Assembly (NCBI GenBank): GCA_018673485.1
Contig: JABHCP010000005.1
Coordinates: 102 to 64,101 of the forward strand
Direction: 5' to 3'
Source of the DNA: Candidatus Uhrbacteria bacterium
GTDB taxonomy: Bacteria; Patescibacteriota; Patescibacteriia; UBA9934
DNA length: 64,000 nucleotides
Part shown: in pieces, positions 1 through 9,821 of the stretch
How positions within the stretch are numbered: the stretch's first letter is position 1
Layout: the number at the start of each line of letters is the position of its first letter
Position numbers and translations under genes: made by a program
The notes under the pieces: generated by a model
Databases searched by the model: none
What the model saw: only the letters and a program-made list of their open reading frames with translations
What the model was told of the DNA's origin: nothing

Positions 1-2522
1 AAGGTGCGCGTGAGCATAACTTAAAGAATGTTGATCTTGAATTACCCAGAAACAAACTAGTTTGTTTCACCGGATTGTCTGGGTCGGGTAAGTCATCACT
101 TGCCTTTGATACTATTTTTGCTGAAGGACAGCGAAGATATATTGAATCGCTCTCAGCGTACGCTCGTCAGTTCTTGGGGCAGATGCAAAAACCAGATGTT
201 GATGAGATCGAGGGGTTGTCACCTGCAATATCTATCGATCAAAAAGCGCATTCGCGTAATCCGCGATCAACTGTTGCAACGGTGACTGAGATTTACGATT
301 ATCTTCGTGTGCTTTTTGCACGAATCGGTGTTGCTCGTTGTCCAAAGTGTGAGCAATCAATTTCAAAGTTGAGCATTGATGAGATCACGGACCATGTTTT
401 GCACACCATCGGCAACCCCCTCCAGCTCCCCCTTGGGAAGGGGGAGGGACGAAATGGAAAGATGTTGACAGTGATGGCGCCTGTTGTCCGCGGTCGAAAG
501 GGTGAGTATTATCAGCTTTTGTATGATTTTTATAATGCTGGATTTGCAAAGGTGCGCATCAATGGGCAGATGCATAAGCTTAGCGACAAGATAAAGCTTT
601 CTCGGTATAAAAAGCATGAGATTGAAATAGTTATTGATTCAATTCCTGCGACTACTCTAATTAATCCCAATAAAGATCAGCGTCAACGACTTACTGAGGC
701 GCTTGAGATTGCAGTTGATCGAAGCGAAGGGTTGGTGTGCATCCAACATCCCACTAAGAAGGAACAGTTGTATTCCACAGAGTTTAGCTGTGCTGAGTGT
801 GGATTTTCATTTCCTGAAATTGAACCACGATTGTTTTCATTTAACAGCCCGTACGGTGCGTGTCAGTCCTGTGATGGACTTGGGACTATCGAGCTGTTCT
901 CAGAGGATGAGTGTGAGGTTTGTGAAGGAAAGCGATTACGCACTGAGGCGCTTAATGTATTTGTGAATGGAAAAAATATTGCAGAGTTTGTAGGCATGTC
1001 AGTTAAGCAGGCGACAGAGTTTGTTCTCGACATTGAGTTGTCTGATCGGCAAAAAGAGATTGCGAGCACGGTATTAAAAGAGATCGAGAATCGTCTAGCG
1101 TTCATGCTTGATGTTGGGTTGCATTATCTGACTCTCAACCGTCGCGCGGGAACGTTGTCAGGTGGAGAGGCGCAACGTATTCGACTGGCTTCACAAATTG
1201 GATCACGACTCGTGGGCGCTTTGTATGTTTTGGATGAGCCAACTATTGGCCTGCACCAACGAGATAATGATCAACTTATCGCAACGCTCAAAAACTTAAG
1301 AGATTTGGGAAATACAGTTATTGTGGTAGAGCACGATGAAGATACAATTCGTAATTCTGATGTGATGGTGGAAATCGGTCCAGGTGCTGGAGTGCACGGT
1401 GGTGAGATCGTTGCCGTTGGTGAAGTTCCAGAGATTTTTAATGATAAGAAGTCAACAACTGCTGCATATCTTAGAGGGGATAGAAAAATAGAGATTCCAA
1501 AAGAGCGTCGTAAGGTTGGCAGAGATCGGTTAAAAATCGTTGGTGCCAAGGCCAACAATCTAAAGAATTTAAATGTTGAGATCCCGCTGCGTCGACTGGT
1601 GTGTGTGACTGGAGTGTCAGGTTCGGGTAAGTCATCGCTCATGCATGAGGTGATGTACAAGTCGATTGCCAAGAAGTTATATAAGAGCAAGGCAACCCCA
1701 GGAGAGCACAAAGCCGTGATGGGTGTGGAATATATCGATAAGTTGATTCTAATCGATCAGTCGGCCATTGGGCGCACCTCACGGTCCAATCCAGCTACTT
1801 ATACTGGTGCATGGGGGCCAATTCGTGAGTTATATACGGCAACAGAGGAGGCTCGATTTCGTGGTTATAAACCAGGACGTTTTAGCTTTAATGTAAAAGG
1901 TGCGCGTGGCGGTCGATGTTCGAACTGCGAGGGACTTGGTGAGATCGGAATCGAGATGCACTTTTTACCAACTGTGTATGTGCAGTGTGACGTGTGCAAG
2001 GGAAAGCGATTTAATCGCGAGACACTTGAGGTGAAATGGAATGATAAAGATATTTATCAGGTTCTTGATATGACAATAGAAGATGGTCTTGAGTTCTTTA
2101 AAGATATTCCAACAGTTTTTGAAAAGTTTAAGATGTTAAATGAGGTTGGTCTTGGATATTTGAAGATCGGGCAGTCATCCAACACACTTTCCGGTGGCGA
2201 AGCGCAACGTGTTAAGTTAGCATCAGAACTTGCTAAGCGTCAGACTGGAAGAACGATGTATTTGCTTGATGAACCAACAACAGGTTTGCATTTTGAAGAC
2301 GTTAAGCAGTTATTGGAGGTGCTGCATAGATTAGTGGCACGAGGAAACACAGTTTGTGTGATCGAGCATAACCTTGATGTAATTAAAACTGCAGATTGGG
2401 TGATTGACCTGGGTCCCGAGGGTGGAGATGAAGGCGGTACGATAGTAGCCGAGGGAACTCCAGAGGACATTGCTCGCAAGACAGCAAGTTACACCGGTAA
2501 GTATCTTAGAAAAGTACTATGA
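1..2522 (+). CDS. uvrA: Excinuclease ABC subunit A (5' end outside window)
   Basis: Open frame from position 3 reads GAREHNLKNV; two Walker A motifs (GSGKSS), two LSGGEAQR signatures, Zn-finger Cys motifs. Confidence 0.98.
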   Translation, partial: GAREHNLKNVDLELPRNKLVCFTGLSGSGKSSLAFDTIFAEGQRRYIESLSAYARQFLGQMQKPDVDEIEGLSPAISIDQKAHSRNPRSTVATVTEIYDYLRVLFARIGVARCPKCEQSISKLSIDEITDHVLHTIGNPLQLPLGKGEGRNGKMLTVMAPVVRGRKGEYYQLLYDFYNAGFAKVRINGQMHKLSDKIKLSRYKKHEIEIVIDSIPATTLINPNKDQRQRLTEALEIAVDRSEGLVCIQHPTKKEQLYSTEFSCAECGFSFPEIEPRLFSFNSPYGACQSCDGLGTIELFSEDECEVCEGKRLRTEALNVFVNGKNIAEFVGMSVKQATEFVLDIELSDRQKEIASTVLKEIENRLAFMLDVGLHYLTLNRRAGTLSGGEAQRIRLASQIGSRLVGALYVLDEPTIGLHQRDNDQLIATLKNLRDLGNTVIVVEHDEDTIRNSDVMVEIGPGAGVHGGEIVAVGEVPEIFNDKKSTTAAYLRGDRKIEIPKERRKVGRDRLKIVGAKANNLKNLNVEIPLRRLVCVTGVSGSGKSSLMHEVMYKSIAKKLYKSKATPGEHKAVMGVEYIDKLILIDQSAIGRTSRSNPATYTGAWGPIRELYTATEEARFRGYKPGRFSFNVKGARGGRCSNCEGLGEIGIEMHFLPTVYVQCDVCKGKRFNRETLEVKWNDKDIYQVLDMTIEDGLEFFKDIPTVFEKFKMLNEVGLGYLKIGQSSNTLSGGEAQRVKLASELAKRQTGRTMYLLDEPTTGLHFEDVKQLLEVLHRLVARGNTVCVIEHNLDVIKTADWVIDLGPEGGDEGGTIVAEGTPEDIARKTASYTGKYLRKVL
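408..448 (+). repeat. Family A palindromic repeat, in frame within uvrA (IGNPLQLPLGKGEG)
   Basis: 41 bp identical to 2555-2595; hairpin CTCCCCCTT-GGG-AAGGGGGAG. Confidence 0.92.
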
Positions 2523-3874
2523 TTCCAGAGCGAGTCAAAATACAGAGACACGCGATCGGCAACCCCCTCCAGCTCCCCCTTGGGAAGGGGGAGGGCTTAG
2601 GGCTTCCTGATGCGTCTGGGGTGTACTTGTATTTTGATGAGTACGATCAAATTTTGTATATCGGAAAGGCGACATCGTTAAAAAAACGTGTTGGCTCATA
2701 TTTTAACAAGGCGCATAACAGTCGAATTGCAGAATTGGTTTCAAAGATTGCGCGCATTGATTATATTCAGACTTCAACAGTTATCGAGGCTCTAGTTCTC
2801 GAAGCAAATCAAATCAAGGAGCATAAGCCGCCTTACAATATCATGCTAAAAGATGGTAAGAGCTTTTTGTATTTAGTAATTACCAATGAAGATTTCCCAA
2901 AGCCAATTTTACTGCGTGGACATGAGCTTGAGCGGGAGGGGGTCAGACCATTTCAAAAAGAGTTATCAATTAAGGCGAAGAAGAAGTATATGGCGGTATA
3001 TGGCCCGTATACCAGCGGTGTTTCTCTAAAGCGTGCATTAGATCTTATTAGAAAGGTCATTCCATGGAGTACATGCGAGCCACCAGAAATATCTGGTAAG
3101 CAAAGACCGTGTTTTGATGCGCATATTAAGCGATGTCCGGGAGTTTGCACTGGAAAGATTGATAAGCGAACGTATCGAAAGTACATGAAGCAGCTGATAA
3201 CATTTTTTGAAGGCGGACGAGCGCGACTTTTAGCTCAGCTTAAGCGCGAGATGAAGAAATACGCAAAAGAAGAAAGATTTGAGATGGCTGAGATAGCTCG
3301 ACGGAAAGTTTTTGCGCTTGAACACATTCAAGATATCGCGCTTATCACAAAAGAGGATTTTGAATTGCCGTACTCAGCACCGCAAGAGTTTATGTTTGAT
3401 CTTGATGGTAGGATTGAAGCATATGACATTAGTAATATCTCTGGAACCTCGTCAGTCGGATCGATGGTTGTGTTTGAAGATGGTCAACCGGTCAAGAGTA
3501 AATATCGAAAGTTTAAAATCAAGACAGTCGACGGCCCGAACGATGTTGCGATGATGGAAGAAGTCATTCGACGACGATTAAATCGTGCAAAGAGCGCACC
3601 TAAGGCTTGGGAGTTGCCGCAAGTAATGATCATTGATGGCGGGAAGCCACAGGTCAATCGAGTAAAATTAATTTTGAAGGAAATGAACATCGACATTCCC
3701 GTGATCGGAATCGCAAAAGGATTTGATCGCAAACAAGACCGGCTCGTGTTCGATCGAACTAATATAGAATTATCCAGAGTCGCTGCAGCCGGCAAAGAAC
3801 TTTTTCAAAAAGCCCGCGACGAAGCCCACCGTTTTGCTGTTGCCTATCACCGCAAGCTACGGTCAAAGCGCTAA
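2519..3874 (+). CDS. uvrC: Excinuclease ABC subunit C (short form, no C-terminal HhH visible)
   Basis: GVY...YIGKA...RV GIY-YIG domain; RIEAYDISN, IDGGKPQ and RDEAHRFA motifs; overlaps uvrA stop. Confidence 0.95.
   Translation: MIPERVKIQRHAIGNPLQLPLGKGEGLGLPDASGVYLYFDEYDQILYIGKATSLKKRVGSYFNKAHNSRIAELVSKIARIDYIQTSTVIEALVLEANQIKEHKPPYNIMLKDGKSFLYLVITNEDFPKPILLRGHELEREGVRPFQKELSIKAKKKYMAVYGPYTSGVSLKRALDLIRKVIPWSTCEPPEISGKQRPCFDAHIKRCPGVCTGKIDKRTYRKYMKQLITFFEGGRARLLAQLKREMKKYAKEERFEMAEIARRKVFALEHIQDIALITKEDFELPYSAPQEFMFDLDGRIEAYDISNISGTSSVGSMVVFEDGQPVKSKYRKFKIKTVDGPNDVAMMEEVIRRRLNRAKSAPKAWELPQVMIIDGGKPQVNRVKLILKEMNIDIPVIGIAKGFDRKQDRLVFDRTNIELSRVAAAGKELFQKARDEAHRFAVAYHRKLRSKR
2555..2595 (+). repeat. 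Family A palindromic repeat, in frame within uvrC N-terminus
   Basis: Identical to 408-448. Confidence 0.92.
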
Positions 3875-3926
3875 AAACAGAAACCCCCACGCAAGCGCAG
3901 AGGCTTCGGTGGGGGTGAGAAGTGGA

Positions 3927-4277
3927 CTAGGCGACAGGGCGGATCAGCCGCCGGTCGAGCAGCATCCTGATCGTGGCGCCTTTGCGCCAGTGCCAGAAAT
4001 GGAGTCCGATATGGGGAAATATGAGAGTGAAGCCCTCACACCCCTTTTTGACCTCGCGCTGCTCCCGCCAGTCGTACTGGCCGAAGGGGTGCATGATCAT
4101 TACGATCTCACCTTCTTTGGCTACTTCGTGTACAGCGCGGATGAGCGACTGCGCGAAGCTGCCGCCGAGGCCGTCATATTGACGGCCCAGGATTACATGA
4201 TCGATTCGCTCAGCCCACTGGTAGTGGACTTCGCTTTGCTGATTCAGCGTGTTGAGGAATTCCTGAGCGCAGGCCAT
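3927..4277 (-). CDS. Orphan hypothetical protein (GC-rich cassette)
   Basis: ATG with upstream GGAG/AGGA; TTGACA at 4354-4359 (minus); terminator hairpin near 3875-3915. Confidence 0.6.
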   Translation of the reverse strand: MACAQEFLNTLNQQSEVHYQWAERIDHVILGRQYDGLGGSFAQSLIRAVHEVAKEGEIVMIMHPFGQYDWREQREVKKGCEGFTLIFPHIGLHFWHWRKGATIRMLLDRRLIRPVA

Positions 4278-4405
4278 TCCTGCTCCTTCCGGGGCGGATG
4301 CCCCTTGTGGGTTGGTAGGTTGAACAAGGAAATATAGCATAAAAAAGGGCTTTTGTCAACCCATAGCCCTTGATTTGGGGCTAAAATTAGTGTTATAATC
4401 AGGAC

Positions 4406-6220
4406 ATGAAAAAATCTGTGTTCAAAACTATCGCTAGTGTTGCCGCAGTTTTTATTTTTATAGAAGCCATGTTTGCGATTGGGTGGGTTTTGGGAGGAGA
4501 TTTTCAGGTGGTCGATATTACCGTGCCCGTTTTTGGACAGGAAGATATACCGGTTGTTGCATTCACTGTAAACGACCAACCTCAGTCATTGTACGACTGG
4601 GCATATGATCAGGCTAAGGACGTCGAGCATGTTGATGCGAAGTCAGCGATCGTGGCTCACCACCTTGTTGTGGCGGACGAGATCGCAAAAGTTTTTGAGA
4701 CACTTTCAGACGATAGTGTCGATACAGTAATTATTATGAGCCCGAATCATTTTGATCTTGGAGCAACTACTATTCAAACAACCATGGGAAGTTGGGATAC
4801 ATACTATGGCGAGGTTGAGGCTGATCAAGATCTGATTGAGGATTTGGCGGGTGATATTGAGGTGCTGCGAATTGAAGACGAGACTTTCGAGTATGAACAT
4901 GGAATCAGTGGACTCTTACCGTTTGTGGCACGATCATTTCCTGATGCTAAGATTGTTCCACTCGTGATTCATGAGTCACTCAGCGATGAAGATCGAGATA
5001 CACTCGCTGAATCAATCAATGAGCATGCTAAGAACGCAGTTATTTTTGCCAGCATCGACATGTCTCATAATTTACCGGAGCATACTCAAAATTTTCATGA
5101 TGAGATCACTCTACGAGCGTTGGAGATAGGGGATGCTCAAGATATTGAGTTAGAGATCGATGCGAATGTTGTGTTAAATACGCTATTGGCGATAAACAAC
5201 GATCAGGGAAGCCAAGAGTGGCACCTAACACATCATGACAGTTCGCTGGGTATGGAGCTCACTGATAATTACACCGAAAACACAAGCCACATCCTTGGAT
5301 ACTTCACAGATGGTGAATCGTATGATGATATTTTTGCCACACTTCACATTGTGGGGGACATAATGCTCGACCGTGGGGTACGATCATTACTCGAGTCTGA
5401 AGGCCAGGACTATCCATGGTTGAACATGGGGCGATTTTTGTCAGGGGCTCATACTGTTATCGGAAATCTCGAAGGGACAGTGAACGAACTGGCTAGTACA
5501 TATACAGTTTATCCACCATTTAGATTTGTTTTTTCACCTGATTCGATCGAAGTCATGAATGAATATATCGATGTCGTCAGTTTGGCCAATAATCATGCAA
5601 GTGACGTGGGATCGGCTGGTTTGCAGGAGACGAAAGACCGTCTCGACGAGATGGAGATCCCTTGGTTTGGGTCATACGCAACGCCTGTGCCGCGATATGA
5701 CGAGACCCTCAACGGAATCGACCTAACATATATCGGCTATCATCAGTTTCAACCAGATTCGATCGAACTAGTAGCACAGATTGAAGCAGCGGATGATGAA
5801 GGTCGATTTGTAACCGTGTTTCCGCATTGGGGGAGTGAGTATGTTGTAGCTCCAAGCTCATCACAGCGTGAGTTGGCTCAGTTGATGGTTGATGCCGGCG
5901 CAGATTTGATCATTGGAGGACATCCACATGTGGCGCAGGGGATAGAGATTATCGATGATGTGCCTGTGGTTTACTCGTTGGGTAACTTTATCTTCGATCA
6001 AATAGATCCAGCGACATATCCAGCGCTCACCGCAGGTTTGATAATCGATGATAGCGAAATCGAGATTTACCTCATGCCAGTTTGGACGCAAGGAAGCCAG
6101 CCAACGCCGATGAGCGATCAGGAAGCACTGGATTTGTTCTCAGACCTAGCAGAAGTTTCATCAGATGAGCTCGTGACACAAATAAAAAACGGTGTTATAA
6201 CAACATCATATACAAAATAA
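4406..6220 (+). CDS. AmmeMemoRadiSam protein B (Memo-like) fused to CapA-family metallophosphoesterase, membrane-anchored
   Basis: HH, SPNHF, EHGI and SIDMSH (Memo); GDIMLDR, GNLEG, LANNH, HWG.EY, GGHPH and YSLGNFIFDQ (CapA). Confidence 0.88.
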   Translation: MKKSVFKTIASVAAVFIFIEAMFAIGWVLGGDFQVVDITVPVFGQEDIPVVAFTVNDQPQSLYDWAYDQAKDVEHVDAKSAIVAHHLVVADEIAKVFETLSDDSVDTVIIMSPNHFDLGATTIQTTMGSWDTYYGEVEADQDLIEDLAGDIEVLRIEDETFEYEHGISGLLPFVARSFPDAKIVPLVIHESLSDEDRDTLAESINEHAKNAVIFASIDMSHNLPEHTQNFHDEITLRALEIGDAQDIELEIDANVVLNTLLAINNDQGSQEWHLTHHDSSLGMELTDNYTENTSHILGYFTDGESYDDIFATLHIVGDIMLDRGVRSLLESEGQDYPWLNMGRFLSGAHTVIGNLEGTVNELASTYTVYPPFRFVFSPDSIEVMNEYIDVVSLANNHASDVGSAGLQETKDRLDEMEIPWFGSYATPVPRYDETLNGIDLTYIGYHQFQPDSIELVAQIEAADDEGRFVTVFPHWGSEYVVAPSSSQRELAQLMVDAGADLIIGGHPHVAQGIEIIDDVPVVYSLGNFIFDQIDPATYPALTAGLIIDDSEIEIYLMPVWTQGSQPTPMSDQEALDLFSDLAEVSSDELVTQIKNGVITTSYTK

Positions 6221-6230
6221 TTTATCGCAT

Positions 6231-8021
6231 ATGAAAAAAGGTTTTACAGGTATTTGGATTCTGTTCCTCGCTGCAGCTATTGCCCTGGCAATTGTGGCTT
6301 TTGGATTTGGTTATTGGCTTTCTAATGAGTCAGATAGTGACGTCGAATATGTCGACGATATGGTCGAAGTCGATATCTCGGACGAAGTTGATGATGAGGA
6401 AGTAGAAATCGAGATTGAGGTAACCGAGCCGACGATTCTAGAAAATTCTGATGCCATCAATGTCAGTTGGTATAGCGAGATCTCTGAGATCGAGCCACTG
6501 GCGATTTTTACAGAGCATCTTAATCTTATTGAAGCGACTGATGATGATCCTAATCGCGCCTTCTCTCTTGGTGAGGTAGTGGGCGGAGATTATGATGGAG
6601 CGGAGCTCACCATGCAAATTGTTTATTATTGGGGTATGGGCACTTATTATGAGCAGTATTATGTTCTCGTACCAGCAGATGAGGCGCAAAAGCCAGTTCT
6701 AATTGATGAATACTTGATGGGTGAGACGAGTTTTCTATCCTTCACTTCATATTTCAGATCATTCTTGGAGCTAATGACCGATCGTAACGAATATTGGGAT
6801 GATGAACAGCGAATGCATTATTATGAATTTGTCTCTGGTATTGAGTTTGATATGGAGTCCTATATACCAGAACTCGAGTATGGTGAAGTGGGGACAGATT
6901 CTTATGGAAATACATATGAGTTTTTGGGGCCTGGAGCACTTAGCTTTTTTCCAGAAGAAAAAGATATAGCACTTTTTGAAGTGTATTCATATATTGATGG
7001 AGGTTCACTTTATGCCGTGGATGGAGATGAGGGAACGTTTGGAAATATGGCTAATTTATTCTTCGCTGTTGAAGATGATGGTCGAGTCTTGGCTTACGAC
7101 GCACAGATTCCATTCTGGGATTATGAAACCTCTGGATATAGTATGGACCTAGAGGTTGTCGGTGATGAAACATTTTCAGGAACATATTCAAAAGCACATG
7201 GTGGTGGTTGTGGCTATACAAATGCAACAAATACCGTTGATGAGAGCGAGATTGGTGAGCTTGAATATATTGGAAGTGTTTCTGGAGGGCACGAGCTTTA
7301 CGAGTCAGCAAATTATTCGCTCGAGCTCTATGGTGATGACTATGACACTTGGTCGTATTGGCACGAGGGTAGTAGATTTGAAGATTTCTTAGCTCTTCAT
7401 CCGTTCTTGTACTATCAAGACCAGCTTGGACGTTGGATTCAGCTTTCAAATGTCGAGGTTTTGCCTCAGGCTGAATGTGGAAAGCCAGTGATTTACCTTT
7501 ATCCTGAAAGCGAGATGGAAATCGATGTATTCATTGAGCCAGAAGGTGGTTTTACTTACACTGAGCCAGTGTATGATGGCGGTTGGTCTGTGCTCGCACA
7601 GCCTGATGGGACGCTTACAAACCTTAAAGATGGTAAAACATACCCATACTTGTTCTGGGAGGGGCGAGGGGGTCTTTATTCTCCACCAGAGAACTATTGG
7701 GTAGTAGAACAAGATCAGGTTGAGCGGTTCTTAATCAAGACGCTCGGTAAGTATGGCTTGAATCGACAGGAAACATTCGACTTTATGGAGTTCTGGTATC
7801 CGCGCATGCAAGACGCTCCGTATTACCAGATTGGATTCCATGGCACAGAGGTGATGGATGCAATCGCACCAATGGAACTATCAGTTCAGCCAGATACAAT
7901 CTTCCGAATATTGATGGACTTCATAGAGCTTGAGGAGCCAGCTGTATCAAATCCAACCTCAATTCGTGGATTCGACCGAAATGGATTTACAGTTGTAGAG
8001 TGGGGAGGAGTGATACAATAG
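6231..8021 (+). CDS. Membrane-anchored acidic protein with conserved C-terminal KPVIYLYP...VVEWGG domain
   Basis: N-terminal TM helix; recognisable uncharacterised C-terminal domain. Confidence 0.75.
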   Translation: MKKGFTGIWILFLAAAIALAIVAFGFGYWLSNESDSDVEYVDDMVEVDISDEVDDEEVEIEIEVTEPTILENSDAINVSWYSEISEIEPLAIFTEHLNLIEATDDDPNRAFSLGEVVGGDYDGAELTMQIVYYWGMGTYYEQYYVLVPADEAQKPVLIDEYLMGETSFLSFTSYFRSFLELMTDRNEYWDDEQRMHYYEFVSGIEFDMESYIPELEYGEVGTDSYGNTYEFLGPGALSFFPEEKDIALFEVYSYIDGGSLYAVDGDEGTFGNMANLFFAVEDDGRVLAYDAQIPFWDYETSGYSMDLEVVGDETFSGTYSKAHGGGCGYTNATNTVDESEIGELEYIGSVSGGHELYESANYSLELYGDDYDTWSYWHEGSRFEDFLALHPFLYYQDQLGRWIQLSNVEVLPQAECGKPVIYLYPESEMEIDVFIEPEGGFTYTEPVYDGGWSVLAQPDGTLTNLKDGKTYPYLFWEGRGGLYSPPENYWVVEQDQVERFLIKTLGKYGLNRQETFDFMEFWYPRMQDAPYYQIGFHGTEVMDAIAPMELSVQPDTIFRILMDFIELEEPAVSNPTSIRGFDRNGFTVVEWGGVIQ

Positions 8022-8132
8022 AGATTAGATAAACACCCGTTTGAGTTAATCGAGCGGGTGTTTTGTTTTATAGGATCTATGGAATACAAAGAGACCCAGC
8101 CGAGGCTGGGTCTGAGGGTCCGCGTATGCGAA

Positions 8133-8804
8133 CTAAGCAGTGATCTGGAGCAGTTGCATGTACGTGCGATCTTCGCCAGATGAGTGGGGAAATGGACTTG
8201 CCAAGCCAACCATCACCAGACGAGCTGGAACAAGATCTCCAACGGCAATTTGCCCAGCTTTTACTCTTTGGAGTAGAGCCGGATCCTTGATTGGCAAGAT
8301 AACGTCAGAGCGGTCTCGTGTGAACACTCGTAACTGTTTCTTTTCATGTCCAGGAGCGCCAGCATTTACGATTCGTGCGCCAGCTACTTCCCAGAAGGCT
8401 GCTGATCGCTCTAGCGTGGGACTACCTTTGTAGAACGCCTTGTTCCATTCGATGGTGATGTCTGGGAATGAACTAACCGGCCCTTGGTAGGAATGGGCCC
8501 GAGCATGATAGGCAATCGATCCAGGTGAAGCTGTTTGGCTCACTAGCTGACATGCGTTGGGTGCAACGACACTGTCTTCTGGGTGTGTGGGTCGAGTGCC
8601 GATGCAAGTTCTTGCAAATGGAATCTCGACACAACGACCATAGTTCCAGCATCGTGCGTCTTGCCCTGTGTCTAGAAGTGAGCCGTACGTGGGTTGATGA
8701 CCTGGGTCAAGAAGTACCCTGTAGATCTGTTCGTCATCTCCAAGGACGAGCGTGCAGAAGCGACCATGGTTCATGTCAGTGCGACAGAGGATTACACAAC
8801 GCAA
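8133..8804 (-). CDS. Dual-OB-fold-like protein (DUF488 partner)
   Basis: TTG start after GGAGG overlaps DUF488 stop; N-terminal CVILCRT.M..GRFC, central HPED, C-terminal LPIKDP and VGLASPF resemble dual-OB proteins. Confidence 0.6.
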   Translation of the reverse strand: MRCVILCRTDMNHGRFCTLVLGDDEQIYRVLLDPGHQPTYGSLLDTGQDARCWNYGRCVEIPFARTCIGTRPTHPEDSVVAPNACQLVSQTASPGSIAYHARAHSYQGPVSSFPDITIEWNKAFYKGSPTLERSAAFWEVAGARIVNAGAPGHEKKQLRVFTRDRSDVILPIKDPALLQRVKAGQIAVGDLVPARLVMVGLASPFPHSSGEDRTYMQLLQITA

Positions 8805-9439
8805 TATGCACCTCCATCTTCGATCTTCTGGCGCTTGGCGACCTTGGCGGTCACGAGGTGTTTGACTTCGAGTCCAGTGTGCAGAAAACTGATCATGTCG
8901 GCTGCAAGCGAGCGGTGACATTCCAGGGGATGCTGTTCGACGCACATGAGAGCGATGCGCTCGTGCTTGCCTCGAAGCATGTTGTAGGCAGTGGACAGAT
9001 CAGGCTCTTCGAGCAAGGTGCGCTGATCGGATTGGTGTGTTTCGAACATGACTCGGCGCTCGACCAGCTCCTGGACATACCGTCGCTTGTACTGACGCCA
9101 GAGCTGAGGGGGCGGATGCTTGTCACGGCCTAGGGCAGGTTTGTACCACTTCAGTAGTTTTTCGCTTGGGGCAAGCGCCGGGATGTGTACGTGGTCGATA
9201 TCGTGCACCTCGCAAATGTAGGGCATGTCTCGCAGTGCTGTGTAGAACGTGTAGGCACCGTGAGGGAACAGGCGGACATCCACGAGAAGCGTCACGCCAG
9301 CGTGCTTGAGCATGGCGAAGAGCTCGCGTGCCGTTACATCACCGTAGCCGATGGTGTAGATGATTTTCAGGTGGGGCAATGGCCCCAGACACCCACGATC
9401 CTCTTCGGTCATGGGCATAGTCAGTTCAGTGATAGGCAT
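8792..9439 (-). CDS. DUF488 family protein
   Basis: IYTIGY, LVDVR.FP, LAPS and ALMCVE.HP.ECHR motifs. Confidence 0.88.
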   Translation of the reverse strand: MPITELTMPMTEEDRGCLGPLPHLKIIYTIGYGDVTARELFAMLKHAGVTLLVDVRLFPHGAYTFYTALRDMPYICEVHDIDHVHIPALAPSEKLLKWYKPALGRDKHPPPQLWRQYKRRYVQELVERRVMFETHQSDQRTLLEEPDLSTAYNMLRGKHERIALMCVEQHPLECHRSLAADMISFLHTGLEVKHLVTAKVAKRQKIEDGGAYCVV

Positions 9440-9578
9440 CGAAATCTCCTTTTGATACAGGTGAGGGTCAGGTCGATTGTTAGGGGGCAGGGAGCAATGG
9501 TAGTTATAAAATGCATTTTTGTCAATTATGTAGCCATTATAAGAAAAGAAAAAACACCTCGTTTAGAGATGTATTTTC

Positions 9579-9653
9579 TGGAGCGGGTAGAGGGAATCGA
9601 ACCCTCATATTCAGCTTGGAAGGCTGACGTAATAGCCATTATACCATACCCGC
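9579..9653 (-). tRNA. tRNA-Gly(TCC)
   Basis: Cloverleaf, anticodon loop CTTCCAA, GGTTCGATTCC T-arm, CCA end. Confidence 0.96.
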
Positions 9654-9821
9654 AGTTGTTGTTTGCGAGCAAATAGTAGCAGATAATATTATTTTTGTAA
9701 AGCAGAATGATATGTTATTATATAGGCGAAATTAGCTTGAGAGGAGGATTTAAATGATTGGTCCAGAAGCGCGAATTGTCTTTACGAAAGGCGTACGGCT
9801 GGCTCATATAATAGTGACATT

